DNA from: Octopus vulgaris
Lineage: Eukaryota
Length of the DNA stretch: 64,000 nt
Assembly (NCBI GenBank): GCA_951406725.2
Contig: OX597829.1
Span: 35,960,001 to 36,024,000 of the forward strand
Direction: 5' to 3'
Every line of letters begins with the position of its first letter. Positions within the stretch are counted from its first letter, which is position 1. The notes beneath the pieces are model-generated. The model ran no database searches. It worked only from the letters and a program-made list of their open reading frames with translations, and had not been told where the DNA came from. Of this stretch, positions 12,298 through 27,039 are shown piece after piece. The position numbers and the translations under genes are program-made.

Positions 12298-13408
12298 TAC
12301 AAATATCTAGTTAATCACAAAAATATTAAAAAATTTTCCATCTATCTTATTAGTTGTTCTGAGTAACTAACTGTATGAAACCGCACATGAATCACCGTAG
12401 AAAATAAGAAAAGTATAATTGAAAATTTATTGTAAATTATGACAAATTTATTAATATGTGAATTGCATATAAATATCATTTAAAGTGACTTATTTGTATC
12501 CTCTTTCTCAAGGTTGCAGAAAAGAAGAAAAAAAGGAATGAAACAGAGGAAATTATTTTTTTCCTTAGAAAAAGAAAACAGGTTTGGTTTTCTATTTCTT
12601 ATAATGAAACTTGTCCAGGAATAGCAAAATAAAACTATGTCACATTTACGATTAGCGGTGCTTCCATCATGGAAGGGACTGTAAACACGAAATAAACAAA
12701 AGTTACTCTATTTTCTATATGCTCATACAAAACAACTATGTCCAATTTTATATATGAATTTACATATCTGTAAACACCAAACATGACACTAAACATATTA
12801 TACAAAGGTAGGCAACCGTTTTAAGAATGGAGTATGCAGAAGTTTGTTGATTGAATCATAAAGTTACATAATTTTTGAGAGCTGACCCATTATTTGTCGA
12901 CAATTTTAGTGAGATATTGATAGACCTGGCTAAACATAGACATACCATTGCAATAATTTTTTTTGTACAGTTAATCGAATCGTGAATGTGTATGTCTATA
13001 TGTGTGTATAAATACACACATTTATATATACACAAACTATTTTGAATACATGAAAGTATGTGCTACAAGTATCAATATTTAAATCAATTTATACATGTAT
13101 CAAATCAACGTGTGTAAGGTCAATGGAGACACTTTTTTTCACTCAGTTTACCCTTCCTTCTGTTTACTGTCCTCATCCCATTTTGTAGAACAGTGTAGGC
13201 TCGAAATGTCAACCATTTCATCCATTTTACCTCAGGATAGAACTAATACATTTTGCTTGATGTTCCCTCTCTGTCTATCTTATACTTTTTATATTTGTAT
13301 CTTTTTGAACTATGTATACGTATGCGTGTTTGTGAGTGTGTGTGCGTGTATGTATGCGTGTGTGTATCTACATATTTATATATATATATGTTTCTATATG
13401 TGTGTATA

Positions 13409-13467
<59 letters not shown>

Positions 13468-13493
13468 GTATGTATATATAGTATATACACATA

Positions 13494-13882
13494 TACTCTT
13501 TTTACTCTTTTACTTGTTTCAGTCATTTGACTGCAGCCATGCTGGAGCACCGCCTTTTAATCGAGCAATTCGACCCCGGGTAAGCCCAGTACTTATTCTA
13601 TCGGTCTCTTTTGCCGAACCGCTAAGTAACGGGGACATAAACACACCAGCATCGGTTGTCAAGCAATGTTAGGGGGACAAACACAGACACACAAACACAC
13701 ACACATACATACATATATATACATATATACGACGAGCTTCTTTCAGTTTCCGTCTAACAAATCCACTCACAAGGCTTTGGTCGGCCCGAGGCTATAGTAG
13801 AAGACACTTGCCCAAGGTGCAACGCAGTGTGACAGAACCCGGAACCATGTGGTTGGTAAACAAGCTACTTACCACACAGCCA
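13494..13882 (-). mobile_element. SINE family A (low divergence)
   Basis: Near-consensus copy with a repeated TAAAAGAG tail. Confidence 0.92.
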
Positions 13883-13888
13883 TATTTT

Positions 13889-13949
<61 letters not shown>

Positions 13950-13960
13950 GTATAATCATG

Positions 13961-14170
13961 TATATGGTGCTGAAAAGTTGCTAACTTTAAGGATATCGCG
14001 AAAGGCCTTGTTGCAGGCCCAACATTCCGAGTCCTTTTACAGGGCTTAGAAAACCTGGAGGACTGCTGCAACAAGTGTGTCAATCTGAGACGGGATTATG
14101 TTGAATAAAATCATAATAAACGGATCCCCCTCTATTTCCTTTTACCCTAAGCTTTTTATCATCACTTCAT
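13961..14170 (+). mobile_element. Small decayed mariner derivative
   Basis: Encodes a mariner-type C-terminus QGLENLEDCCNKCVNLRRDYVE*; weak TIR remnants GGTGCTGAAAAGTT / CTTTTTATCATCAC. Confidence 0.6.
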
Positions 14171-14191
14171 ATCCTCCTATTTATATATATA

Positions 14192-14632
14192 TTCTCTCCT
14201 TTTACCTGTTTCAGTAATTTTACTGTGGCCATGATGGAGCACCGCCTTTAGTCAAACAAATCGCCCCCAAGACATTTGTAAACCTAGTACATATTTCAAC
14301 GGGTTCTTTTCAACAGGTTCTTTGCCGAACCGCTAAGTTACAGTGACGTAAACACACCGACATCGGTTGTTAAGCGATAGTGGGAGTACAAACACAGACA
14401 CACAAACAAATACGCACACAGACACACATACACACACATACACACACACATATACACGAGAGCTTTATTTCAGTTTCCGTCTACGAAATCCACTCACAAG
14501 GCTTTAATCGGCCTATGGCTATTGTAGAAGACACTTGCCAAAGGTGCTACGTAGAGGGACTGAACCCGAAATCATGTGATTGGAAAGCAAGCTTCTTACT
14601 ATACAGCCACGCCAGGCCTATACTTAACACAT
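14192..14632 (-). mobile_element. SINE family A
   Basis: Aligns to 4121-4548. Confidence 0.88.
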
Positions 14633-14647
14633 ACCCACGCTTGCGCC

Positions 14648-14746
<99 letters not shown>

Positions 14747-14798
14747 ATATATATACATATATCTATGTGTGTGTATACATGTGGATTATTGGCGATGA

Positions 14799-14973
14799 TT
14801 TTTCCCCCGTCTTCCTTTTCTCTTGGACTTTCTTCTGTCTCCTATTTCTGAAGAAGAGCTTTGCTCGAAACGTTAAACAACCTTTCTTTCCTTCCCTGGT
14901 TGTCTTTTAATACTTTGCATGTACCACGTCCTAGTGTTCTTGTTATTTGGGATTAATTTCTATACATACAAAC

Positions 14974-15053
<80 letters not shown>

Positions 15054-15223
15054 GTTTGTATGTATAGAAATTAATCCCAAATAACAAGAACACTAGGACG
15101 TGGTACATGCAAAGTATTAAAAGACAACCAGGGAAGGAAAGAAAGGTTGTTTAACGTTTCGAGCAAAGCTCTTCTTCAGATATAGGAGACAGAAGAAAGT
15201 CCAAGAGAAAAGGAAGACGGGGA

Positions 15224-15227
<4 letters not shown>
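14799..15227. repeat. Fold-back palindrome of two F1-type elements around (TA)n
   Basis: 14799-14986 is the near-perfect reverse complement of 15041-15227; each arm has CTGAAGA-AGAGCTTTGCTC-GAAACGTT. Confidence 0.93.
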
Positions 15228-15320
<93 letters not shown>

Positions 15321-15359
15321 GTATATATATATATATTATATACATATATATATATACTT

Positions 15360-15417
<58 letters not shown>

Positions 15418-15470
15418 CATATATATATATTATTGATTTATATATATATATATCATATCATATATGTATA

Positions 15471-15566
<96 letters not shown>

Positions 15567-15860
15567 GTAAAAACTTACTGTGAACAATATGTATATTTCT
15601 TCGTTTGCCCAATTGAACTAATATATATGTTTGTATTTATTCATACACATATAATGTTGAGTCGACACTTGAGAGTCGAGTTATGCAATCAACGTGAAAT
15701 CAAAGTGAAATATGTAACTATAAGGACGTAAGTTTTTTTATGTATTTGCAAGCCAGACAAAGTTAGATACTTTCATTTTAAATATAAACTTGAAGAAACG
15801 TTTCTGTTTCTGGACAACAAACTTTGATATTGAGCTTCTCAAAAGCAAACAGGTGAATAC

Positions 15861-15898
15861 TTGTCGAAGGGTCCTCCATGTCGTTTGGCAATTATCTG
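15861..15898 (-). CDS. Candidate 38-nt internal exon (unverified)
   Basis: Acceptor TTTTATTTTTTCTATTTTTCAG, frame QIIAKRHGGPFD, weak donor GTATTC. Confidence 0.22.
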
Positions 15899-16088
15899 CT
15901 GAAAAATAGAAAAAATAAAAGTACTACGTGATTCATACATGATGATAAGGAAAAACGGAATTACGTAAAAGTATTGTTTTATCTTTATAATTGTTGGTTA
16001 GCAAACAATATTCAATTTTTACACAATTATATATATGTGCGTGCATACATGTATTTAACTATGTCTCTCTCTCTCTCTCTTTCCCACT

Positions 16089-16129
<41 letters not shown>

Positions 16130-16313
16130 CTCTTTCTCTATGTATGTATGAATGAATATATGCATGTAGGTAAATATGTATACATATGTATATATATATA
16201 TATTCATCCATATAAACGACTTTTTCTATTCCTGAGCGTTATACCAATACATCTGTTTGTTTTGTACACCACCTGGCTTCGTCTTTTGTTTTTTCGTAAA
16301 CTCTCCCTATATA

Positions 16314-16397
<84 letters not shown>

Positions 16398-16400
<3 letters not shown>

Positions 16401-16628
16401 CTTTACTACCCACAAGGGGCTAAACATAGAGGGGGACAAACAAAGACAGACAAAGGGATTAAGTCGATTACATCGACCCCAGTGCGAAACTGGTACTTAA
16501 TTTATCGACCCCGAAAGGATGAAAGGCAAAGTCGACCTCGGCGGAATTTGAACTCAGAATGTAACGACAGACGAAATAAGGCTACGCATTTCGCCCGGCG
16601 TGCTAACGTTTCTGCCAGCTCGCCGCCT
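16398..16628 (-). mobile_element. tRNA-derived SINE family B
   Basis: Minus strand GGCGGCGAGCTGGCAGAAACGTTAGC...GAGTTCAAATTCC...GCCTTTCATCCTTTCGGGGTCGATAAATTAAGTACCAG. Confidence 0.9.
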
Positions 16629-16785
16629 TTATATATATGAATATATTTATATGCATATATATACTTATATATATATGGATGAATATATATATATATGTAT
16701 GTGTGTGTGTATATATATATATACATATATATATTTATATATTTATATATTTATATATTTATATATATATATATATATATATATT

Positions 16786-16824
<39 letters not shown>

Positions 16825-17100
16825 CACACATATATAAATATATAAATATATATATGTATATATATATATACACACACACATACATACATATATATATATA
16901 TTCATCCATATATATAAGTATATATATGCATATAAATATATTCATATATATATTTATATATATATATAAATATATATATTTTTATATATATATTTATATG
17001 CATATATATACATATATATATATATGGATGAATATATATATACATGTATGTATGTGTGTGTGTATATATATATACATATATATATATATTTATATATTTA

Positions 17101-17185
<85 letters not shown>

Positions 17186-17189
<4 letters not shown>

Positions 17190-17348
17190 TAAACATGAGG
17201 ACGTGGAACAAATATAGTATTATTGGACGTTCAGAAAAGAAGGAGGGTTTAATGTTTCGAGCGGAGCTCTTCGTCGGAAACATAGGAGAAGGAAAGATCC
17301 AGAGAAGGGAAGACAGAGGGAAAAAATCGCCAACGGTACACAAACGGC
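17186..17348 (-). mobile_element. F1 hammerhead element (internal deletion)
   Basis: Reverse complement of 11369-11571, (TA)n flank. Confidence 0.8.
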
Positions 17349-17447
17349 ATGTTTATATATATTTGGATGGATATGTGTGTGTGTGTCTGTGTGTGTGTGT
17401 ACATTAGATATAAGATGTATAATATAATAAATAGCTTTATGATATGT

Positions 17448-17485
<38 letters not shown>

Positions 17486-17525
17486 GTATATATTAATATA
17501 CATTTCAATATATGTTATATATATA

Positions 17526-17579
<54 letters not shown>

Positions 17580-17703
17580 TATATATAAATATATATAGAT
17601 ATATCAATATATATGAGATATTAACTTAATATATATGTATGCATGTATATTCCTATAATTTGTGTGTGTGTGTGTTATACACTTACAAGCTTATATTATA
17701 TAG

Positions 17704-17770
<67 letters not shown>

Positions 17771-18057
17771 TACATATACACTATACATCAACTATGTATA
17801 CGCATATATATTCATGCATATGTGTATATGTGTATGGGTATGTACATGCGTGTGTGTATTAATCTTTCGTTTTACTTTCAGTTATAACGAATATAAAGTT
17901 ACATTAATTTGATGTGTTGTTCCACACTTCTGAAGAGAGTAGAAATGTATTATTCTTAAGGAAGAATACTATTCATAATGACTTACATTTTTCGGCCAGC
18001 TAAGCTATCGTAAATGTATATATATATATATCCATACGCACACTCATAGATAGATAA

Positions 18058-18162
<105 letters not shown>

Positions 18163-18163
18163 C

Positions 18164-18296
<133 letters not shown>

Positions 18297-18695
18297 CACA
18301 CACACACACGCGCACGCATACACACACACACACACACACACACTCAAATACGTACATATGTACACATCTGTGTATATCTGTCTTCGTTGTTCTTGTGTTA
18401 GGGATTTGAAGTAGATTCCTTCTTTTTTTATTTAATTTCATATCCTAAAGCATGGTATAAATGGAAGCATTGTAAACGACAAATACGAATGAAGCTGGGC
18501 AGAGAATAACCAATAGAAGGACAGCATTCAGCAAGCTGTGTGGAGAATGCGATAAACGACCAGTGTGGAAGCTGATTCACTGAAGACACTTCCTCCACTA
18601 GACAGAGGCTAGGCTCAATGGAATTTAATTAAAAAAATGGATATTATAATTTCTTTCCTTCACACCAGACCCAGACATCTGCGGAGGTGCCTCTC

Positions 18696-18742
<47 letters not shown>

Positions 18743-18994
18743 AGTGTGTATAGGCTGTAGGTTGTGCGCGCGTAGTTTTGCGTTGAGTAATATTTACTGA
18801 TATCTGTGTAGGTGTGTTTGTGTGTGTGTGTGCGTGTTTGACTCTAAAGTGGTTTGTCAATATATAGATGTATGTGTGTGTGTGCTATTTATGAAATTGT
18901 TTCTTTTGTTTGTCTATATATAATATGTATATATATGTATATATATATGTGTGTACGTGTGTGTGTGTGTGTATATTTGTGTGAGAGAGAGTAT

Positions 18995-19037
<43 letters not shown>

Positions 19038-19274
19038 ATCATATATATGGTTGCGTGTGTGTGTATGTGTGTGTGCGCGCACATTTATGCATACACATAT
19101 CCATACACATGCACACATATATACCTATATGTCCCTCTGCTAATTCGTGTTTGAGTGTACGCGTATATGAACGGGTTGTTGAAAGATTGTTTGTAAATGT
19201 GTGTATTTTCGTATGTGTGTATGTGTTTACTTGTCACAGAGAGGAAAAGAGAGGATGAGAGAGAAGGTACACAC

Positions 19275-19378
19275 ATTGACTTTATCTTCGTAGTACAAAG
19301 CTATATCAATTGTTGCCTTATAGAAAAGATACATCCGAATTTGCGCCCCAGTTTGGCCATAAATGCGAGATTGTAAAC
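19275..19378 (-). CDS. Candidate internal exon (unverified)
   Basis: Acceptor TTTGTTTTCCAACAG, open frame GLQSRIYGQTGAQIRMYLFYKATIDIALYYEDKVN, donor GTGTGT. Confidence 0.28.
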
Positions 19379-19550
19379 CTGTTGGAAAACAAAGCATATA
19401 AAAAATAATATGCATACGAAATAATATTTTTCGACAAGAACATTTTTATTATAGTTGTTTTGACTTTATACTCTACGTGATATTGTTCTTCAGCCCTTAT
19501 TCACTACAAGTCTACCCTAACTCATTTAGCCTTGAGGTATTAGGAAATTA

Positions 19551-19780
19551 GGCGGCGAGCTTGCAGAAACGTTAGCACGCCGGGCGAAATGCTAAGCGGC
19601 ATTTCGTCTGCCGCTATGTTCTGAGTTCAAATTCCGCCGAGGTCGACTTTGACTTTCATCCTTTCGGGGTCGATTAAATAAGTACCAGGTGCGCACTGGG
19701 GTTGATATAATCAACTTAATCCGTTTGTCTGTCCTTGTTTGTCCCCTCTGTGTGTAGCCCCTTGTGGGTCGTAAAGAAAT
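19551..19780 (+). mobile_element. SINE family B, full length with 16-bp TSD
   Basis: AGGTATTAGGAAATTA at 19535-19550 and 19781-19796. Confidence 0.95.
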
Positions 19781-19946
19781 AGGTATTAGGAAATTATTTG
19801 AGGAGATGATGCCATCGAATGCTTGATGCTGGTATCATTCTTATTTGGTTCTTAACTCTATTATATTAAATATATACAAATACACATAGAGACAGAGAAA
19901 CAAACACTAACACATATATTGATATGAAATAACTTTACATCGATAG

Positions 19947-20026
<80 letters not shown>

Positions 20027-20109
20027 AGCATATATGTATACATATGTATACATACACAAGTGCATATATATATATATACACATATTTCTTTTTTTTCTTT
20101 TTCCGTCTT

Positions 20110-20327
20110 TTTTACTTCAGTCATCTTACTGCGGCCATGCTGGAGCACCGCTTTTAGGACTTATTCTTTGTGAGCCTAGTACTTATTCTATCGACAATTT
20201 TTGCCGAACCGTTAGGTTTCGGAAACATAAACACGCCAAAATCGGTATCAAGCGATGGTAGTGGTGGTGGCGGTGGTGGGGACAAACACAGACACACAAA
20301 TACATACATACATACATACATACACAC

Positions 20328-20388
<61 letters not shown>

Positions 20389-20389
20389 G

Positions 20390-20424
<35 letters not shown>

Positions 20425-20585
20425 GACGGGTTTCTTTCAGTTTCCGTCTACAAAATCCACTCACAATGCTTAAATCGGCCCTAGACTATAGCAGAAGACA
20501 CTCAACCAAGAGGCCACGCAGTGGGACTCAACCGGGAACTATGTGGTTGGTAAGTAATCTACTTACCACACACCCGCTCCTGCCC

Positions 20586-20586
<1 letters not shown>
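20110..20586 (-). mobile_element. SINE family A with expanded internal microsatellite
   Basis: The two halves of the consensus are separated by about 120 bp of (TA)/(TATG)n. Confidence 0.88.
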
Positions 20587-20633
<47 letters not shown>

Positions 20634-20985
20634 CATGTGTGTATGTACATTTGTGTGCATATATATATCAAATACAATATACAACCGAAACATCTATTAA
20701 TAATTACACGTTACTTTAAACAACATATTTATGAAATACGCCAACAATTTTTCAGGCTCAGTTTGCGCGTGTGCATGTATACATAATATACATACAAACA
20801 TATTGGTGCAAGAATAGTTGTGTAATTTAGGAAATCACCTTGCAACCAAATGGTTACGATCACTTCGTAGCACATTCGGCACGTATGCTTTACCGTAATT
20901 CACGGGTCGACCAACGTCTTGTAAATGGATTTGATAGAGGGAAACTGTGCAGATTCCCGTCATATGTATGTATATTATATATATA

Positions 20986-21019
<34 letters not shown>

Positions 21020-21055
21020 CGTGCGTGTGTGTGTGTATATATATGTATTATATAT

Positions 21056-21558
21056 ATCCTTAAATCCTTAAAAATGTTTTAGCCCGAAGGCGGCGGCCAT
21101 GCTGGGGCACCACCGCTGAATGAGTTACACTAATATGTGAATCCATCTCTGATACGTGGCACTTAATCAACAAGGGAGTTCGATGCTACTGCCCGCATCT
21201 GCGTCTCCTGTCTTGAGGTAGGTTCATCTGGGACTCCCGACAAGAAGAGATCCAGTTTAGTTTTAAAGAAACCCACATCCACACCATGTAAGTCTCTCAG
21301 GCATTTAGGGAGGATGTTAAAGAGCTGTGGTCCTCTGAAACCCAAGCTGTTGCAGTATCTGGACCTGTATTTTGATGGTGATGTTGGAATCTTTGACACC
21401 ATGCAGTGGCGCCCCGTTCTGCGGTTGGGGTAACTTTGAATGCCAAAGTTTGGGACAAGACCCTCCAGGATTTTCCAGATGTATATCACCGCATATCTCT
21501 CCCGCCTCCGCTCTAGGGAGAAGAGGTTTAATACCTTCAGTCTTTCCCAGTTGCTGAT
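21056..21558 (-). mobile_element. CR1-group LINE 3' end (ORF2 C-terminus plus 3' UTR)
   Basis: WERLKVLNLFSLERRRERYAVIYIWKILEGLVPN...GPQLFNILPKCLR...FKTKLDLFLSGVPDEP; the UTR ends GGTGCCCCAGCATGGCCGC...(TTTAAGGA)2. Confidence 0.9.
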
Positions 21559-21683
21559 ATGTATGTATGTATGTGTATCTATCTACGTATACACACACAC
21601 ACATATATATATATATATACATACATACATACATACATACATACATACATACACACACACATATATACATATATGTTTATACA

Positions 21684-21790
<107 letters not shown>

Positions 21791-22244
21791 TTGCAAACTG
21801 CTTGTTGATTGTGCGTTTACATAGTAAAGGCTTCGGCTATTAACCATGTTACTTTCGTTGTTGTTGAAGAGGCTTTGTTAGATATAAAGATGGGTGCAGT
21901 GTTGTTGGTCGTACTGCTGAGGGAGCTCAGCTATTGATATATCCGTCATGGAAATCCTACGGGGAATAGTAGTTGAAATTATAACCTAAAAATGTATCGC
22001 TATATCCCTCAAAATACGCAGTTTAATGCATACCTACTTGCATTACTACAACTACTAAGACTATATATTTGTATATCAGTAGGATACAATAACTATTTCT
22101 GCAAAATAGTACATATTTCCTTTAGCAGTATTAGAATGGATGAAAACTCGTCTTTGCCTGTATTCGAACTCAAAACGTAATAGACTTAACTTAATAAATC
22201 GAATATTTTAAACCTACTTCCAGTCGATTGACCCGACAATATTG

Positions 22245-22445
22245 GTTTCAAATTTTAGCACAAGGCCAGCAATTTCGGAGGAGGGGTAAATCAATTACAT
22301 TGACCCCCCAATGCTTGAGTGTGGTACTTATTTTATCAACCCCGAAAGGATGAAGGCAAAGTCGACCTCGGCAGAATTTTAACTCTGGACGAAATGCCAC
22401 TAAGCGTTTCGCCCGGCGAGCTAACGATTCTATCAGCTCGCCGTC
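22245..22445 (-). mobile_element. SINE family B (alternative tail); further fragments at 22570-22700 and 22790-22920 on +
   Basis: CCCGAAAGGATGAAGGCAAAGTCGACCTCGGCAGAATT. Confidence 0.8.
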
Positions 22446-23165
22446 TTTAATGCATCCGATAATAATAATGGCAGTAATTTCGTCGATCTTGAAGGGTATG
22501 AAATGAAAATAAGATCAATTGCTATTCAATTTAGTATCTGTTAGTGTTAACATATTATCAAATCTAACCTGAAATTCCGCCCAAATCGACTTTGCCTTTC
22601 ATCCCTTAAGGTCGAGAAGAGAAGCACTAGGGTCGATGCAATCGAATCCTCCCCTCCCACTAAAATTACATGCCCTGTGCAAAAATTTGGAACAATTATT
22701 AATATGCTTGCAGACTATGTGATTTGTCAGAATTGTAAAGTGCCAAGAGAGTATCTTCTGTCATTTGTTACGTGTTTTTACATTCAAAGTTTAAATCTAG
22801 CCGAGGTCAAATTTTTCTCTCCTTCTGATGTCAATAAAATAAAGTAGCAGTCATATATTGAAATCAAATTTAATCGACACATTCCACCTTCAAATTTCTG
22901 GCTTGTGCGGATATTTGAGATAATTATTATGAGCACACAAAATATAGCGAACAAATGTTAAAACGTCAGAGAAGAATCACAAGTTTTATACTAAATGGAC
23001 ATCATTAAAAGATGAGATATCTAAGGAAGTATTCATCTGATGCTTGGAGGCTCTGTCCTCGAATTAAAGAGGTGGTGGACATCTCCGACGCTCATGATAA
23101 TTTAGGTAATTGGAAACTGTACTAAGTGCATGTTGCATGTAACTGCGAGTACGCGTTGAGTGATG

Positions 23166-23206
<41 letters not shown>

Positions 23207-23600
23207 GCATCTGATTGAGTCATTGATTAATTGCCAGCCATAGATTTACTTATGAACAACTTTAATACTTATACAATTGTTTATAATATGGATGTCTGAA
23301 TTGCCTTACTGTATATTTGCGATCTTATTCCAAACATATATACTCTAGATATTTACATTTGCGACCATGCTTGAGCACTGTTTTGAAAAATATTTGGTCG
23401 AATGAATCGCCTCCAGTACTTTTAAAGCTTGATACTTGCTCTTTCGGTCTCTTCACGAAATGCTAAATTACAGGAACGTCAACACTATAACACCGGTTGC
23501 CAAACGAAGATGATGCTGCGTCAAATACAGACAGAATAACACACACATACACACATGAACATGATCACACACATACACACACGCACATAAACACACACAT

Positions 23601-23657
<57 letters not shown>

Positions 23658-23929
23658 CACTCATGTTAGCTCGTCAGGCTTAGTGGACTTTCGTCCGTGC
23701 GTGGAAGTGTGTACGCTGGGGTGCGTATATATGTGTGTATGTATGTGTACACGTGCATATTGTATTGCATATATGATTTATGTTTGAAGTGTTGCGCATT
23801 CGAGTTCATGTTTGTGTATAAAATATGTATATAAAATATATAAAATATATATATATTTGTGTGTGTGCGTGTGTGTGTGTGTCTGTGTGTGTTTGTATAG
23901 TCATACAACTTTCCATACATCTAGGTGTG

Positions 23930-24620
23930 TTGTTAATTGCATAAATCTAAAAGTCTATTTAGGTACTGGAATTGCAGTCGCCACATAAATGTTCCATATA
24001 TGCCTTCCTCTACTCAGCTCTTTATGATATTGATTTCGTGTGACCAAGTGTCTTCTACACTAAAACGTGTTTTGTTTTGTTGTCCCAAACTGCAATGTTT
24101 GACTGCTTGCATTTTAATTTCGTTGCTATTTCTATTCCTAGGTTACACCAATGTATATTTGGTTCACTGTTCTCTATATTATTCATCTATATTTGATGTA
24201 CTACTATCTTCTTTCTGTCTTTTCCAGATGTTTACCTAGCATACCAAACTTTTTGGGTAGTTTCTTTCTGGAAGACATTCTATCATATTTGGTAGTCATA
24301 TGGTTAATGACCTAATTTTTTTCTTTACATGTTCCTAGATCTGTAGTGAGTTGATGCTTTCTGTCTTTTTTTAATTATATAGAGGAATCCCCTATATTTT
24401 AGTGTTATAAACTTGTCAGTACTATGTGCCAGACAAGTAGAATGGGTTATTGTCTATATTTTAGATTTTCTTATGATCCGAGATTCAAATATACCAATCC
24501 TGATTGAAAATCATATCCACCAACTTGATATCTCCATTGACATTGAAATATACCGTACCATCGAATAGATTCGGACTTTCTTTATAATCCCTTCATTATG
24601 TAGTTTTCTTACCCCCTATC
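23930..24620 (-). mobile_element. Decayed Penelope-like GIY-YIG endonuclease remnant (possible)
   Basis: Minus-strand EGIYG / LCGDCNS across a frameshift resembles the PLE GxYxIxCxxC..YIG motif; many stops. Confidence 0.3.
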
Positions 24621-24759
24621 TTTTTCTCTCATCTCCCTCTTTCTAGTTTTATCTTTTGCCTAACCTCCAGTGGATTTATACCTATATAAAAGGGTATGTC
24701 TGTGCGAGAAAGATATGAGAGCATTCGCAAATTTTTCTCTAAAGTAGATACAGTATACT

Positions 24760-24846
<87 letters not shown>

Positions 24847-25286
24847 GTAAATTCACATATATATATATATATAAAATCAAATAAACAGGAATGTTTCACC
24901 AAAAAGGAGAATATCAAGTGTCACTAAACGCGAGTAGGGTGTTAAGAAACACCTACATTGCTAGAAATAAAAGCTAAACCGTTCTAATGATGTAATTCAC
25001 GTACATCGCTGAAAATATATACAGTAACAAGGTCTATAATCGTACGAAAAGCACTGATCGGCACTTGTCGGACGATTATCGTCCCGGCTAGTCTATGTTT
25101 GAATAAATGTACGTTAACTACAGCAATGTAGGTGATTCCTAATACTCTAAGTACGTATATATGCATATATATACTATATATTTGTATATATGCATACGTA
25201 TATATGTGTGTGTATATATGCTTGTATATATACGCATACATGTGCATATATATCTATATACGAATGTATATATATATATATATAGT

Positions 25287-25332
<46 letters not shown>

Positions 25333-25619
25333 TGTATGTGCGTACGTGCGTGAGTGTATGTGTGTGCGTGTGTGCGACATATACTTATCCTGTCCCATTA
25401 AAGAAAAAACACCTTTAAAAGCACTTCCAAGCTGTTTCAATTTTACTTTTTACCTATCTATAACCTTTGATTCGTATGGATCTTCAAAAACTTTCAAATT
25501 CATGTGTGTGTATGTGCCTGTGTGCGCCTGTACATGCGCACGCGTGAGTAGGCCCATGTGTATGTATGTATATTTGTACGTGTGAATGTAACCATATGTA
25601 TATATATATGTATGTATGC

Positions 25620-25668
<49 letters not shown>

Positions 25669-25883
25669 TATGAATACACACATAGAAACGTAAATATGCG
25701 CATGTGTAAATAAAGGGGGTGATGAGTGTACGCGTGCGTGCTTACGTGTATCTGTATGGAAAGGTAATCTCAGTTGAGGCATATATTATGTTATAATTAT
25801 TGAAATCAATTATAGTAGGCGATCCAAATTGGAATGTAGACACACACAAACACACACAAACAGACACACATAGACGCATACAC

Positions 25884-25963
<80 letters not shown>

Positions 25964-26455
25964 CATTTACATGAATATAAAAACATCTCTATCTTGACCT
26001 AGTAAGGAAAGCATGTATGAACAATTTTTTCTCGACTGAGTCAGAAGCTCGATCTGTCAGCAAAGGAAATGTATGATACTATATGCAAATCAGAATAATT
26101 GAATGCTATATGTATGTATATAGGTATATATATATATGCTTATATATGTATATATGTACATATATGTATATATGTATATATATATGCATGTATATATGTA
26201 TATATATGTATGTATATATATGTATATATGTATAAATATGTATGTATATATATATGTATGTATATATATATATGTATATATATATGTATGTATATATATA
26301 TATGTATATATAAATATATATGCATATATATGTATATATGTAAATATATGTGTATATATATATGTATGTAAATATATGTATATATATATGTATATATATA
26401 TGTATATATGTATAAATATGTATGTATATATATATGTTTGTATATGTATATATGT

Positions 26456-26497
<42 letters not shown>

Positions 26498-26627
26498 TAT
26501 GTATGTACACAAATAGAGAAACGCACTCACGCACCCACCGCACACATACACACACACGCACACATACATACACACACACACACTCACATTTCTGCGTGGT
26601 CGCATCAAATGACTGAAACATATAAAA

Positions 26628-26674
<47 letters not shown>

Positions 26675-27039
26675 GGTTTAGTGATGTTTCTTAAGTGTTA
26701 ATGCTCAGGACTCACGGACTTGAGACACTCTGTTACTTCTGCTAAATATGTATGAATGTATGTATGTATGTGTATATATATATATACATATATAATATAC
26801 ATACTTACATATATGTATATATATATATATATATATATGTTTGTGAAGTGGTCATAGATGTGTGACGAAAGAACATACACGGTGTGTCTGTGTGTGTTTG
26901 TGTTCGTGTTTCTCTGTGTGTACGTGTATACATGTAGGTATGTATGGACGGACGAATGCATATGCATATATACATATACGTGCATATATAAATATGTTTT
27001 ACATATGTGTGTAAGAATGTACTTGCATTCTCTTATATT

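Noticed and set aside
17929-17980. CTGAAGA followed by a GAGTAG/CTATTC stem (also CTGAAGA near 45282)
   Set aside because: No GAAA...NUH half follows, so not counted as a hammerhead
26090-26671. The many [16 protein letters not shown] ORFs across the window
   Set aside because: Translations of (TA)n, (TG)n, (CA)n and (TATG)n tracts
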